Positions 9,210 to 19,334 of a stretch of DNA of 64,000 nucleotides are shown one piece after another. The position numbers and the translations under genes are program-made. The notes beneath the pieces were generated by a model that saw nothing but the letters and a program-made list of their open reading frames with translations, did not search any database and had not been told where the DNA came from. The stretch is taken from contig OZ255842.1 in the NCBI GenBank assembly GCA_965277805.1, positions 4,448,001 through 4,512,000 of the forward strand. Reading direction: 5' to 3'. The first letter of the stretch is position 1. Every line of letters starts with the position of its first letter. Source of the stretch: Candidatus Lustribacter sp. Its GTDB lineage: Bacteria > Vulcanimicrobiota > Vulcanimicrobiia > Vulcanimicrobiales > Vulcanimicrobiaceae.

Positions 9210-10610
9210 GTGAGCCGAAGTGCGTTCACATACATGGTACATCGTGCTCAAGTAAATCCGCTGGTGGTGCGAGGACCCCGACTCGTTCTCGGCGTTTGTT
9301 GTCTCGCATTGTTTCTCGTCACGATGGACGTGACGATCATGAATGTCGCGTTGCCGGCGATTCATGCGGGTCTGCAGTCCTCGATTGCCGACGTGCAATG
9401 GGCGGTCGACGGTTACAACGTCGTGATGGCGAGCATCTTGCTCTTGGCGGGATCGCTCGCCGACCGGTTCGGGCGCAAGTGCATGTTCCAGACCGGCATC
9501 GCGATCTTCGGAATCGCGTCGCTCGCGTGCAGCGTTGCACCGTCGATTCAGATGCTGATCCTCTTCCGGATCGTTCAGGCACTGGGCGCATCGCTGCTGA
9601 CGCCTTCGGGAATGGGGATCATTGCCAATACGTTCACCGACCCGAAAGAACGTGCTAAGGCGATCGGTGTGTGGGGCACGATGACCGGGCTCTCGATGAG
9701 CGCCGGCCCGCTGCTCGGTGGGTTGCTCACACAAACGCTGGGTTGGCGCTGGATCTTCGCCATTAACGTTCCATTTGTCATAGCGGCGCTCGTCCTCAGT
9801 GCGCTGGTCTTCACCGAATCGCGGGCTCCGCACGCGCGGCGATTCGATCCGATCGGCCAAGTACTTTCCATCGTGATGCTCGGTGCGTTCGTATGGGCGC
9901 TGATCGAAGGGCGCGAGACGCACTGGAGCACCGTCGCAATCGTCGCGTTGGTCGTCGCGATCGTCACGTTGGCACTTTTTATTCCATACGAACTGCGCCG
10001 CCGTGAGCCGCTCATCGAGCTGCACTTTTTCCGCAAGCTCCCATTCGCTTCGGCGTCAGCGAGCGCCGTCATCGCGTTTATCGCGTTCAATTCGTTCCTC
10101 TTTGTCGCGACGTTTTATCTGCAGGGGACGCGCGAGTTCTCACCCTTGGTTGCGGGTCTTTTCCTCGTGCCGGCATCGATCGTTATGATGATCGCCTCGC
10201 CGATCGCTGCGCGGCTGGCCGCAAGCGGCCGTGCCGGGCTCTCGTTTATGTTGTCGGGCGGCGCCTTCGTGCTGGGGTCGGTGTTGTTGTTTGCGATTTC
10301 ACCTGAGACGAACATCGCGCAGCTTCTAACGGGGTTCGCGCTCTTCGGAGCGGGGCTCGGTCTAGCGAACGCCGTGATCACGACCGCAGCCGTCGCGGGG
10401 ATGCCGCGCGAGCAGACGGGCGTAGCGGTTGGGATCGTTTCGGCGTTTCGCGTTGTCGGGTCGGCACTTGGGATAGCCCTGGCGGGGACGCCGGCGTTGT
10501 TTTCATGGTGGCTGCCGATCGGGTGTGGTCTCGGCGTGTTACTGTTCGGCGTCGCGCTGCAACAAACGCAGCGTGTCGATTTTGAAGCTTCCGGATCGAC
10601 GTCTCGGTAG
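9210..10610 (+). CDS. DHA2 (EmrB/QacA) MFS efflux transporter
   Basis: DVTIMNVALP, GSLADRFGRK and WRWIFAINVP motifs; many TM helices. Exact start uncertain. Confidence 0.88.
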   Translation: MSRSAFTYMVHRAQVNPLVVRGPRLVLGVCCLALFLVTMDVTIMNVALPAIHAGLQSSIADVQWAVDGYNVVMASILLLAGSLADRFGRKCMFQTGIAIFGIASLACSVAPSIQMLILFRIVQALGASLLTPSGMGIIANTFTDPKERAKAIGVWGTMTGLSMSAGPLLGGLLTQTLGWRWIFAINVPFVIAALVLSALVFTESRAPHARRFDPIGQVLSIVMLGAFVWALIEGRETHWSTVAIVALVVAIVTLALFIPYELRRREPLIELHFFRKLPFASASASAVIAFIAFNSFLFVATFYLQGTREFSPLVAGLFLVPASIVMMIASPIAARLAASGRAGLSFMLSGGAFVLGSVLLFAISPETNIAQLLTGFALFGAGLGLANAVITTAAVAGMPREQTGVAVGIVSAFRVVGSALGIALAGTPALFSWWLPIGCGLGVLLFGVALQQTQRVDFEASGSTSR

Positions 10611-10637
10611 ATACCAAAGCTAAAAGGGGATCACCTG

Positions 10638-10988
10638 ATGAAGTTCTTCTCCGTTTTCACGCTCGATCCGAGCGCTCCGCCGGCGCCGCCCGATCCGGAA
10701 ATGTATGCCAAAATGGACGCGCTCATCAAAGAGCTCATGGACGCAGGCACGATGCTCGACACGGGCGGCGTCATGCCGACCGGTGTGAGCTTACGCGTCA
10801 CGCGGACGCAGGGCAACGTCCGCGTCACGGATGGGCCGTTTGCCGAGGCCAAGGAAGTGGTTGGCGGCTTCGCCCTGTTTGAGGTTGGTTCGAAAGACGA
10901 GGCGGCCGCACTCACAGAACGTTTCCTGGGACTCGTCGGCAACGGAACGTGTACGCTCTACGAGGTTTCCGAAACGCCGGGGGCGTGA
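10638..10988 (+). CDS. YciI family (DGPF-type) protein
   Basis: TDGPFAEAKEVVGGF motif. Confidence 0.9.
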   Translation: MKFFSVFTLDPSAPPAPPDPEMYAKMDALIKELMDAGTMLDTGGVMPTGVSLRVTRTQGNVRVTDGPFAEAKEVVGGFALFEVGSKDEAAALTERFLGLVGNGTCTLYEVSETPGA

Positions 10989-11019
10989 CGAGCGGCGGCC
11001 TTGCGGGTAGGGGACCACC

Positions 11020-11322
11020 ATGAATAATACATTCCGTACCCTCATGCTCGCCGGCGCCACGTCGATCGCGACGATGACGACGGCTCTTCCTCAACCGGCG
11101 TTAGCGGACACAACCTCAACGGCACTTATTGCCGGCGCCGCGGCCGCAATTGTCGGCAGTCTCATCTACGATTCGAGCAAACATCAGTATTACTACCAGC
11201 GTGGGTCGCAACGCCGCTACGTTGATAACAATACGGCCACGTACTATCGCCAACATGGCGGCCGTTACCGCGGACCCGAGGGTCAATGGCACGGCAACCA
11301 TTACAACGGCCCCCATCATTAG
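11020..11322 (+). CDS. Secreted hypothetical protein with Tyr/His/Gly-rich C-terminus
   Basis: RBS GGGGA, signal peptide ending PALA, followed by a terminator. Confidence 0.7.
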   Translation: MNNTFRTLMLAGATSIATMTTALPQPALADTTSTALIAGAAAAIVGSLIYDSSKHQYYYQRGSQRRYVDNNTATYYRQHGGRYRGPEGQWHGNHYNGPHH

Positions 11323-11328
11323 CTGAAT

Positions 11329-11365
11329 AGGGGCTGACCCGTGTGCCGGCGTCAGCCCCTTTTCT
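11329..11365 (+). terminator. Intrinsic terminator
   Basis: Stem AGGGGCTGAC/GTCAGCCCCT followed by TTTCT, between convergent genes. Confidence 0.75.
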
Positions 11366-11369
11366 CGCG

Positions 11370-12449
11370 CTAGCTTATGAGCAGCCGGATAGCTTCTACC
11401 GGCCGCGGTTGCAATTCTTCGACGGCGATGCCGTACAGACGGGCCACGGTCTCGCTCAAAAGTTTCTTGCGGATGTCCGCCATCAGGTGCCCGAGATCGC
11501 GGGCGATAACATCGCGCGAATTGGGCCACGTGGAATTTGGATGCGGGTAGTCGTTCGACCACATGCAGCTATCGAAACCCCATTCTTGCAGCATCCAGCG
11601 GCTCGGCGGATCGTTGAAGAACGTCGCAAAGACCTGACGCCCGAAGTACGCGCCCGGGAGCTCCTTTGCGGGAATCGCATATTTGCCGCCGCGGGCGATG
11701 TACTTATCCCACTGACTGGTCACGAACGGCAGCCAGCTGATTTCATTTTCGACCAGCACGAGTTTGAGTTTCGGGTAGCGATCGAGCACGCCGGAGCCCA
11801 CGATTTGCAGCAATGCGTTGGCGGCATACAGCAGTTTGAGGTTCACCGACAGCTCGATGTGCTCGAGTGCCGTTTCGTCACGCTCGGTACCCTTTAGAAT
11901 CAAGCCGGGTGTGTATGGAGCACCGGTGAGGATGTGCAGGCTGACCGGCATCTCCAGGGCCTCAGCTGCTGCCCAGAACGGCTCGTAGTAGTCGCCGGCA
12001 AAGGAAAACTCCGGCGGCGGTACTTGCCATATCAACGCGCCGCGCAGGCCCTCGTTCTTGCAGCGCTCTAATTCGCGCACCGCTGCAGCGATATCGAACG
12101 TCGAAATGGAGGCGAGCCCGATGAGTTGCTTGGGCGCATAGCGGCAAAACTCGATGAGCCAATCGTTGTAGACACGAAAGCACGCTTCCTGAACGGCGCG
12201 ATCCGGGATGCCGAACTGTTCCAAACCGTACGTCGGATAGAGCACTTCGCACGACACGCCGTCGACCGCCATTTCCTCGAGCCGCGCCGCTGGATCGTTC
12301 GCACCGGGACGCGGAGCCTTCCGTGCCTTCATGTGCTCGTATGATGGCGCCCGATCGCGCAGATTCGCCGGCAACCGCGTCGCCCACAGATCGGGGTCTT
12401 CGACGACGTGCGAGTCCGAAGAAATCAGGAGCTCTGAAGGCGCGGTCAT
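11370..12449 (-). CDS. Amidohydrolase_2 family protein
   Basis: SDSHVVE, SLHI and SNDYPH motifs. Confidence 0.87.
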   Translation of the reverse strand: MTAPSELLISSDSHVVEDPDLWATRLPANLRDRAPSYEHMKARKAPRPGANDPAARLEEMAVDGVSCEVLYPTYGLEQFGIPDRAVQEACFRVYNDWLIEFCRYAPKQLIGLASISTFDIAAAVRELERCKNEGLRGALIWQVPPPEFSFAGDYYEPFWAAAEALEMPVSLHILTGAPYTPGLILKGTERDETALEHIELSVNLKLLYAANALLQIVGSGVLDRYPKLKLVLVENEISWLPFVTSQWDKYIARGGKYAIPAKELPGAYFGRQVFATFFNDPPSRWMLQEWGFDSCMWSNDYPHPNSTWPNSRDVIARDLGHLMADIRKKLLSETVARLYGIAVEELQPRPVEAIRLLIS

Positions 12450-13417
12450 AGCGTCGCGATTATATCGCGTGCGTCGAAACCCTTCGGGATCACCTTGTAC
12501 CTGGCGGCGGCGTCGATCACGGGCTGAATGTCGCGCGGATCGAGTGCGGTTTCGAAGCGGGCGCGCGTCATGTGCGTAATCGTGGCCAGTTCGATTCCCG
12601 AGTACTTTGCGAGAATCGGCGCAGTCTGCGACTGGTGCGTATTGGCATACGCGGCGGCCTTTGCCAACACCGCCGTGAACGCGCGCACCGTTGCCGGGTT
12701 CTTCTGCACGTAGTCCGTGCTGCTGATCCAGGCGGTAGCAAGGAAGCGTGGCGCGATTCCGATCGAGGGATCGCCCAGGTTGCGATACTTCCCGGTTGCG
12801 ACGAGACCCGCGAGCGTCGGATTCGCGACGCCGGCGGCGGCAATTCGGCCGGTATCGAGCGCGGAGCCGACTTGCGTTCCGGTCAGCTCGACGAATTGCA
12901 TGGTATCCGAATGCCCGCCGCTGCGGTCGACGGAGCCTTTCATGCTGACGGCAAGGATATCGTTGAGCGCCGAACTCGAAACGGTCTTGCCGCTGAGGTC
13001 CGACATCGCATGCAGCGGTCCGTCGGCGAGGACAAGGACGCCGACCGCGGGTGACGTGGTGAGATAGAGCGTCGAACCCGCAATGAGGGTCAGCGGTACA
13101 CCGCGCGCGCGCGCGTTAACGACCGCAAACAAGCTCACGATGCCCAGATCGATGCTGTTGCCTGCGAGCGCAGCAGCAACGGCGGTACCGTTGTTGATAA
13201 CTTGCAGTTCGACGTCGAGTCCGGCGTCGCGAAACATCCCCGAATCCAACGCGTACAACAGCGGCGTGGCAAAGTCGTTGGTGACCGCTCCCGCCCGAAC
13301 GTGAATCGGCGTTTGCGCACGGGCCGGAACCAGCGTCGATTCGAGTGCGGCGACCGCGGCCAGCGGGGCCAAGCACAGCCGGCCGATCGCAGCCCGGCGG
13401 CTCTCACGTTGGTTCAT
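12446..13417 (-). CDS. NitT/TauT (SsuA/Thi5-like) ABC substrate-binding protein with Tat leader
   Basis: SRRAAI leader; FRDAGLDVEL and DLSGKTV motifs. Confidence 0.85.
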   Translation of the reverse strand: MNQRESRRAAIGRLCLAPLAAVAALESTLVPARAQTPIHVRAGAVTNDFATPLLYALDSGMFRDAGLDVELQVINNGTAVAAALAGNSIDLGIVSLFAVVNARARGVPLTLIAGSTLYLTTSPAVGVLVLADGPLHAMSDLSGKTVSSSALNDILAVSMKGSVDRSGGHSDTMQFVELTGTQVGSALDTGRIAAAGVANPTLAGLVATGKYRNLGDPSIGIAPRFLATAWISSTDYVQKNPATVRAFTAVLAKAAAYANTHQSQTAPILAKYSGIELATITHMTRARFETALDPRDIQPVIDAAARYKVIPKGFDARDIIATL

Positions 13418-13435
13418 GCGATATCTCCTTCGCCG

Positions 13436-14404
13436 TTACGCGAACAATTTGCCGGAGTAAATGCCCTCGAAGAGCCGGCGCACGTTCTCGTCACGTATCG
13501 CTATGACGTCGGCTTCGGGCAATCCGCTGGCACCGACATAGTCGACCTGCCACTGGTAGTCATCGTCGCGGAAGAACGGGTAGTCGGACCCGAGCACGAT
13601 GCGATCGGCGCCGAATACCTCGCACGCGCATTGCAGCGCCGGACCGAAGCCATTGACGGAATCGTACCAGAACTTCTTCGTGAAGAACGCGAGCGCGGCT
13701 TTGTCCGGCAGCTTGGCCCGAATGATGCGCTCGAGACGATGCATGAGGAAGGGCAGTGTGCCGCCCAAGTGCGGCAAGATACAGCGGATGCGCGGATACG
13801 CTTCGGTGAAGCCTGAGGTCATCAGCTGCACGGCGCAGAGCGTGTCCTCCGCCGTTCCGCCGAGCGGCCACAAAAGGCCCTCGGCGCGGATTTGCGGCGA
13901 GCCGCACGCGAGACCCGCGGGATGGATGAACAAGATCGCCGCGCGCCGATCGAGTTCGGCATACACGGGATCGAAGATCGGGTCGCCGAGCGTTTTCCCA
14001 AGGACCGACGTCGCCACGCTGATCCCCACGAAGCGCAAGTCATCGAGGCAGCGCGTGAGTTCGGCGAGCGATTCTTGGATGTGTGGCAGCGGCAGCGAAC
14101 CGAACGCTTCGAAGCGCAACGGATGGTCGTTCACGAGTTGCGCGTAAAGATCGTTAAGGTAGCGCGCGGTCCGGACGCCGCTTGCAGCATCCGCGAAGTA
14201 CGGCATCAAGCCCGAGGCGCTGAGGATCTGCCGGTCGACGCCGGCGCGATCCATGACGCGAAAGCGCGCTTCGAGGTCGGCTTCATGGCTTGGGTAGACG
14301 ATCGCGCGGCCCGAGGCAACGCCGGGCTCGATGTTGCCGCACTCCTCGAGCAAAGCGAGGTACTCGTTATTCATGTAGTGAGCGTGAACGTCGATGCGCG
14401 CCAT
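13436..14404 (-). CDS. Amidohydrolase_2 family protein (ACMSD/aromatic decarboxylase-like)
   Basis: IDVHAH, FIHP, PHLGG and GSDYPF motifs. Confidence 0.87.
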   Translation of the reverse strand: MARIDVHAHYMNNEYLALLEECGNIEPGVASGRAIVYPSHEADLEARFRVMDRAGVDRQILSASGLMPYFADAASGVRTARYLNDLYAQLVNDHPLRFEAFGSLPLPHIQESLAELTRCLDDLRFVGISVATSVLGKTLGDPIFDPVYAELDRRAAILFIHPAGLACGSPQIRAEGLLWPLGGTAEDTLCAVQLMTSGFTEAYPRIRCILPHLGGTLPFLMHRLERIIRAKLPDKAALAFFTKKFWYDSVNGFGPALQCACEVFGADRIVLGSDYPFFRDDDYQWQVDYVGASGLPEADVIAIRDENVRRLFEGIYSGKLFA

Positions 14405-14475
14405 GCCAAAGGCTTTGCGAACCGGACGGCGAGTTACTTCTTACACAAGATCGATTTCAGCTGGTAGGAGAGACT

Positions 14476-14928
14476 ATGCGAAAATCAATGCGACGTGAGT
14501 TGTTCCTGACGAGCGCGCTCGGATTTGCGGCGGCGGGCGCACTAAACGCGCGGCCGGTCAGTGCAGCGGACCTCGGGCTAACCTACGTTGAGGCGCTCTC
14601 GTCGCTCGATGACTTTCTCGAAGCCTGGCGCTCGCGGAACGCAGCGGCGGGACTCGCGCGCGTCTCTCCGGCCGAACAGAAGCGGCTGGGGGTTTCCAAC
14701 ATCCGAGGCTGGTTGACCGGCGTCTCTTCGCCCAACAACGCCGCGTTCGAAGTCAGCGACGGTCACGCGCTATCAGCGGCGCGATACCGCTTCACGGTGA
14801 AGTTTTACTACTACCTCACCGGCGGCGGCGTCATCCAGCCGCCGGCGCAAGCCGTCGACGTAGCGCGTCAAACAAATGGCGCGTGGCTGATCGACGCGGT
14901 GAAGTTGAGCGGTCCCGACGTCAAGTAA
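14476..14928 (+). CDS. Tat-exported hypothetical protein (possible NTF2-like fold)
   Basis: RBS AGGAGA, MRRELFL leader, C-terminal WLIDAV strand. Confidence 0.65.
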   Translation: MRKSMRRELFLTSALGFAAAGALNARPVSAADLGLTYVEALSSLDDFLEAWRSRNAAAGLARVSPAEQKRLGVSNIRGWLTGVSSPNNAAFEVSDGHALSAARYRFTVKFYYYLTGGGVIQPPAQAVDVARQTNGAWLIDAVKLSGPDVK

Positions 14929-14936
14929 CGTCAGCG

Positions 14937-14962
14937 GCGCGGCCGAAGGCCTTCAGCCGCGC
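14937..14962. terminator. GC-rich near-perfect palindrome after the stop codon; possible terminator
   Basis: GCGCGGC-C-GAAGG/CCTTC-A-GCCGCGC; weak U-tract. Confidence 0.4.
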
Positions 14963-15082
14963 TTCGCTCGGTGTTAGGCTAGGCCTTTCGCGCCCGTCAG
15001 CCCAACCCTTATCCACGGGTGTAACAGGCTGGAGTGGGATCGTAGCGAGAATCAGCTACCGAGGATTATAGGAGGCATCGCA

Positions 15083-16126
15083 ATGCGAACTCTCTCTACC
15101 CGAATCCGCGCGCTGCTCGTGGCAATCGCTGTTTTTGGTGGCGCACTTCTGCCGAGTTACGCGGGCGCACAAGCCGATGTCGTGCGCGTAGCGCTCAGCC
15201 TTACCACATACAGCAATCTGCCGCTTTTCTTGGCCGCGGACAAGGGGTACTTCCGCGACGCGGGCCTCGACGTTCAGCTCAGCGGCTTCGGCGGGTCGTC
15301 GACCGCGCAGATCCCGCGACTGGCGCGTGGCGACACGGATATGCTTGCGCTCGCGTTGGGCCCCGCGTTCTTCAACCAGTTCTCGGGCGGCTTCAATATC
15401 AAGCTGCTCGCAACGCTCGAGGCGGAGCGCACTGGTTGGAACAACACATCGTGGCTCTCCGTTCGGCAAGACCTATGGGATTCGAAGACCATTCGCCAAC
15501 CCAAAGATTTGCGCGGCAAGGTCGTCGATGGCGCCGCCGAGGGCTCGCCGTTGGACCTGCTCGCGTTGACGGCAATTCAGCAAGGCGGGCTCACCACGAG
15601 TGACGTGCACTACTCGCAGAAATTTCGTGACCCGCCCAACTGGCTGACCGCATTCCGCAACAAGGCCGTCGACGTGCAAGGATTGCCCGAACCGATTGCG
15701 ACGCAAATGGAGATTCAGAAGATCGCGCACAAATGGATCGGCCTCTCGAATGTTGCTCCGTGGTTTAACGAAGAGTTCATCGCCGCATCGCCGAGCTTCG
15801 CGCGCGATCATCACGATGCAGTCGTGCGTTTTCTGCGCGCTTATCTTCGCGCCGTTCGTGACGTACAACATTCCAACGGCAAATGGACGCCCGAAATGGT
15901 GACGTCGCTTGCGAAATGGACGTCGCTTCCGGAGAGCACGATCCGCCAGATTCCCGGCCCGGCGTTCCCGGGTGACGGAAGCATCAACAATGCATCGGTG
16001 GCGCACCAGGAAGACTTCTGGCACGATCGCGGTCTCGTTCCGGCGATCGTGCCGCCGGGCGCCTTCATCGACTCCCAGTCGTTGACCGAAGCTATGACGC
16101 GCGGGCGAGGGGGATCGAGCCCGTAA
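15083..16126 (+). CDS. NitT/TauT-family ABC substrate-binding protein
   Basis: Signal peptide; ADKGYFRDAGLDV and DLRGK motifs. Confidence 0.85.
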   Translation: MRTLSTRIRALLVAIAVFGGALLPSYAGAQADVVRVALSLTTYSNLPLFLAADKGYFRDAGLDVQLSGFGGSSTAQIPRLARGDTDMLALALGPAFFNQFSGGFNIKLLATLEAERTGWNNTSWLSVRQDLWDSKTIRQPKDLRGKVVDGAAEGSPLDLLALTAIQQGGLTTSDVHYSQKFRDPPNWLTAFRNKAVDVQGLPEPIATQMEIQKIAHKWIGLSNVAPWFNEEFIAASPSFARDHHDAVVRFLRAYLRAVRDVQHSNGKWTPEMVTSLAKWTSLPESTIRQIPGPAFPGDGSINNASVAHQEDFWHDRGLVPAIVPPGAFIDSQSLTEAMTRGRGGSSP

Positions 16127-17495
16127 TGACGCCGCGCCAGAAGCTCGCTGCCGCAGCGATCAACGCGACGCCGGCGGAGATCGTCAGCGTCACGACGATA
16201 GTGCCGCCCGTCACCTCGCTTCCGGTCCGGTGACTCTCGGCCGCGAAGACGATTGCGACGATGATGGCGCCAACCGTCTGTCCGACGACGCGCGCCAGAC
16301 CTTGTATCGCCTGCGCAGCCCCGCTGCGATCGCGCGGCGCGCTGCCTTGGATCGAGCGGTTATTCGGCGACTGAAAAATGCCGAAGCCGATACCGCAAAG
16401 CAGTAAGCGCCACGCGATGTCGAACGGCGCGCTGTTCGGCCCGATGAATGCGGCGCACAGCAAACCGATGCCGAAGATGCCCATCCCGATCGCCGCGAGG
16501 CGCGATGAATTGAAGCGATCGGCGAGCCTGCCCGCGAACGGTGCGACCGCCGCCGACGCGAGCAGCCACGGCAGCAGTAGCAACGCGAACTGCAGCGGCG
16601 TGTAGCCCATCGCCATCTGCAACGCAAACGGCAGCGCTACGTAGGCGACCGTTTGCGCAACGAACGAGGCGAAGCACGCAAACGCGGCCAGCGAGAAACG
16701 CATCTCCGCGAAGAGATCTACCGCGAACATCGGCAGCGGCATCGCCAGCTGACGGCGGAAGAAGACGACGCCCGCGACGATAGCCGCAACGATCTCCATG
16801 ATGCCGAGCGGCGTCGGGCCGTCGTGCCCAACGGTGTCGATCCCGACGATCCCGAGACCGAACACGAGGACGCTCATCGCAGCACTTACCACATCGTAGC
16901 CGCGCTTGCTGCCCGGCGTGCGCGGAATCGTCAGCACTGCCAATGCCAAACCGAATGCACCGATCGGGACGTTGATTGCGAAGAGCCACTGCCACGGTGC
17001 CACGGAGAGCACCAAACCGCTAACGATCGGCCCCGCTGCGGAGCCCAGTGCGACCGACATCGACGCGAAGCCCGTGGCGCGTCCAAGCATCTTCGGCGGA
17101 AACGCGAGCCGGTTGATCGGCGGTCCGCTCACCGTGAGCGCCGCACCCGAAAGGCCTTGCACGAAGCGAGCGACGGAAAGCGCTACCAGCGTATGCGAAA
17201 GCGAGCACGCCAGCGATGCGATCATGAAGCCGATCAGGCTCAGTTGATACAGCCGCCAGTAACCCATGATGTCGGCAAGCTGCGAAAGTGGCACGATACC
17301 GATCACCATGCCGAGCTGGAATCCGTTGACGATCCAGATCGAGGCCGCCGCGCTTGCGTTGATGTCGCGTGCGATCGTCGGCAACGCGACGTTGGCGATC
17401 GTGGTGTCGACCATCGTCAGAATCGTCATCAGCGAGGTCGTGAGAATGACCCACTTCCGCTTCGACGGCTCGACGGTTCCGGCTAACTCCTCCAC
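16092..17495 (-). CDS. DHA2 MFS transporter
   Basis: DTTIANVALP, WLFAINVPIG and FQSPNN motifs. Confidence 0.88.
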   Translation of the reverse strand: MEELAGTVEPSKRKWVILTTSLMTILTMVDTTIANVALPTIARDINASAAASIWIVNGFQLGMVIGIVPLSQLADIMGYWRLYQLSLIGFMIASLACSLSHTLVALSVARFVQGLSGAALTVSGPPINRLAFPPKMLGRATGFASMSVALGSAAGPIVSGLVLSVAPWQWLFAINVPIGAFGLALAVLTIPRTPGSKRGYDVVSAAMSVLVFGLGIVGIDTVGHDGPTPLGIMEIVAAIVAGVVFFRRQLAMPLPMFAVDLFAEMRFSLAAFACFASFVAQTVAYVALPFALQMAMGYTPLQFALLLLPWLLASAAVAPFAGRLADRFNSSRLAAIGMGIFGIGLLCAAFIGPNSAPFDIAWRLLLCGIGFGIFQSPNNRSIQGSAPRDRSGAAQAIQGLARVVGQTVGAIIVAIVFAAESHRTGSEVTGGTIVVTLTISAGVALIAAAASFWRGVITGSIPLARAS

Positions 17496-17537
17496 GCGAC
17501 CGGTTTCCCGAGAGGTAGCGTGAAGGCCCGCGTGCGC

Positions 17538-18851
17538 CTAGGGCGTGATGCGACCGGTGCGCGAGCATGCGCGCGCCACCGCATCTGCCAGACGATCGGC
17601 ATCGTCGTCCGTAAGTGTGGTCGTGACGATGCGCACGGCGGGGGGGCTGTTGAAGCGATAGCGTGAGCCCGAATCAACGGCCCAGCCCTCGGCATCGAGC
17701 ATGCGCACGACCTGCAACTCATCGCCTACGGGCAGCCACACTTGCAACCCGTCGCCGTCGTCGATCGGGAGACCGCGAGCGCGGAGTGCTCGCGCGAACC
17801 GCAGCCGTCGAGCGGCATAAGTCTTCAGAGCGGTTTTAACGATCTTCTGTGCGCCCGGATCGGTGAGCATGGCCGCGGTTGCGGCCTGCAAGATCCAGCT
17901 CACCCAACCGGCTGACAAGGCTTGGCGCTGCTGCATGCGCTCAATCGTGAGTGCGTCGCCCGCGGCAAATGCGACGCGCAGATCCGGCCCCAGCGTCTTT
18001 GCGACCGAGCGCACCATCATCCAACGCGGTACGTTGCCGGCAATGGCGGACAGCGGCGTTGCGGTAAGCATAGAAACGTAGTCGTCCTCGATCACGAGCA
18101 GGTTCGGGGAACGGTGCAACTCCTTGACCAGCGCGTTCACTCGCCGCTGGTCGAGAGCGGCACCGGTCGGATTTTGTGCGCGCGGGATCGTGATCAATGC
18201 TTTCGCACCCGCGCGGATCGCCGTCGCTAGCGATTCGGGCACCATGCCGCGCTTGTCGATGGCGACCGGCAAGACTTGCAGGCGGAGCTCCGCGCAGAGT
18301 TGCCGGTACGGCGGGTACGTCGGGTCTTCCAGGGCGATTTTATCGCCCGGCACGAGATGCGTGAGCAGCGCCAATTGGCAAGCATCGGCAGCGCCGGAAG
18401 CGATCATCATCGCGTCCGAAGAGATACCGTCGGCCGCAAGACGCGCGACGGACGCCGCCCGTAGGCCGGGGTGCAGCCGTTCATCGCCGTACAGGCGCCC
18501 CTCGGAAATTGTGCGCTCGACGAACGGACGCAAGGGCGGCAACAGCGCCGGATCCGGATTGGCAGCCACCAGATCACGCACGCCGGGCCGAATGGCCGGC
18601 GCGCCCGCCGTCGGGACCTTCGCAAGCGAGATGACGCGCGAACCGCCACGGCGGTTGCCGCCGATGCGCCCACGCGTGCGCAGTTGCGAATATGCGGCGT
18701 TTACCGTCGTCGGAGAAACGGCCAGCGTCTCGGCGAGCTCGCGAATCGTCGGCAGCGTTCCGTCGTTCCCGAACGCACCGTCGTCGATCGCCCGCTCGAT
18801 GCTGTCGGCAATCGCACTAGCGCTCTTGCCGAGAATCTGGTATTGTACCAT
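17538..18851 (-). CDS. MocR/GabR-family GntR-HTH plus PLP-aminotransferase regulator
   Basis: LPTIRELAETLAVSPTTV HTH; QNPTG, EDD and SVAKTLGPDLR motifs. Confidence 0.9.
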   Translation of the reverse strand: MVQYQILGKSASAIADSIERAIDDGAFGNDGTLPTIRELAETLAVSPTTVNAAYSQLRTRGRIGGNRRGGSRVISLAKVPTAGAPAIRPGVRDLVAANPDPALLPPLRPFVERTISEGRLYGDERLHPGLRAASVARLAADGISSDAMMIASGAADACQLALLTHLVPGDKIALEDPTYPPYRQLCAELRLQVLPVAIDKRGMVPESLATAIRAGAKALITIPRAQNPTGAALDQRRVNALVKELHRSPNLLVIEDDYVSMLTATPLSAIAGNVPRWMMVRSVAKTLGPDLRVAFAAGDALTIERMQQRQALSAGWVSWILQAATAAMLTDPGAQKIVKTALKTYAARRLRFARALRARGLPIDDGDGLQVWLPVGDELQVVRMLDAEGWAVDSGSRYRFNSPPAVRIVTTTLTDDDADRLADAVARACSRTGRITP

Positions 18852-18887
18852 TAGATCGATATTTTGTACTGTAACATATAAACCCTT

Positions 18888-19313
18888 GTGACCAACATGC
18901 TAAACGACTACACATTGCTCATCATTGCGCGCGAACGCCAGGAACAGATCCGACACGAGTTTGCTCATGGCGCACGTACGAAGATGTGGACCCGCGCGGC
19001 GTTGCTGACTGCGTTCTTCACGACGACGATCGCCGCCGCGTATTCCGGCAATCGCACGGGGACGCTCTCGGGCGTCGTCCTGGATCACCGCAATCGCCCG
19101 GTGTCCGGCGCCGCCGTCTTCCTGAGCGCTCTGGCGCGATGCTGCACGGCGAAAACGGACCATGCCGGCCGCTTCGCGATCAGCTGCGCGGCCGGCGGCG
19201 GGTACACCGCGCGCGTTCATAAGGATGGCTTCGTTGATGCCGTGCTGCCCAACGTTGGAACGATCGCCGGTGTCGCAGTCGATGTGGGCGTCGTGCCGCT
19301 GACGCCGCGCTAA
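18888..19313 (+). CDS. Carboxypeptidase-regulatory-like (transthyretin-fold) domain protein
   Basis: GTLSGVVLD...PVSGAAV...TDHAGRF...GYTARV...GF pattern. Confidence 0.7.
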   Translation: MTNMLNDYTLLIIARERQEQIRHEFAHGARTKMWTRAALLTAFFTTTIAAAYSGNRTGTLSGVVLDHRNRPVSGAAVFLSALARCCTAKTDHAGRFAISCAAGGGYTARVHKDGFVDAVLPNVGTIAGVAVDVGVVPLTPR

Positions 19314-19334
19314 TGCCGCTGCCGAGGCGGATGC

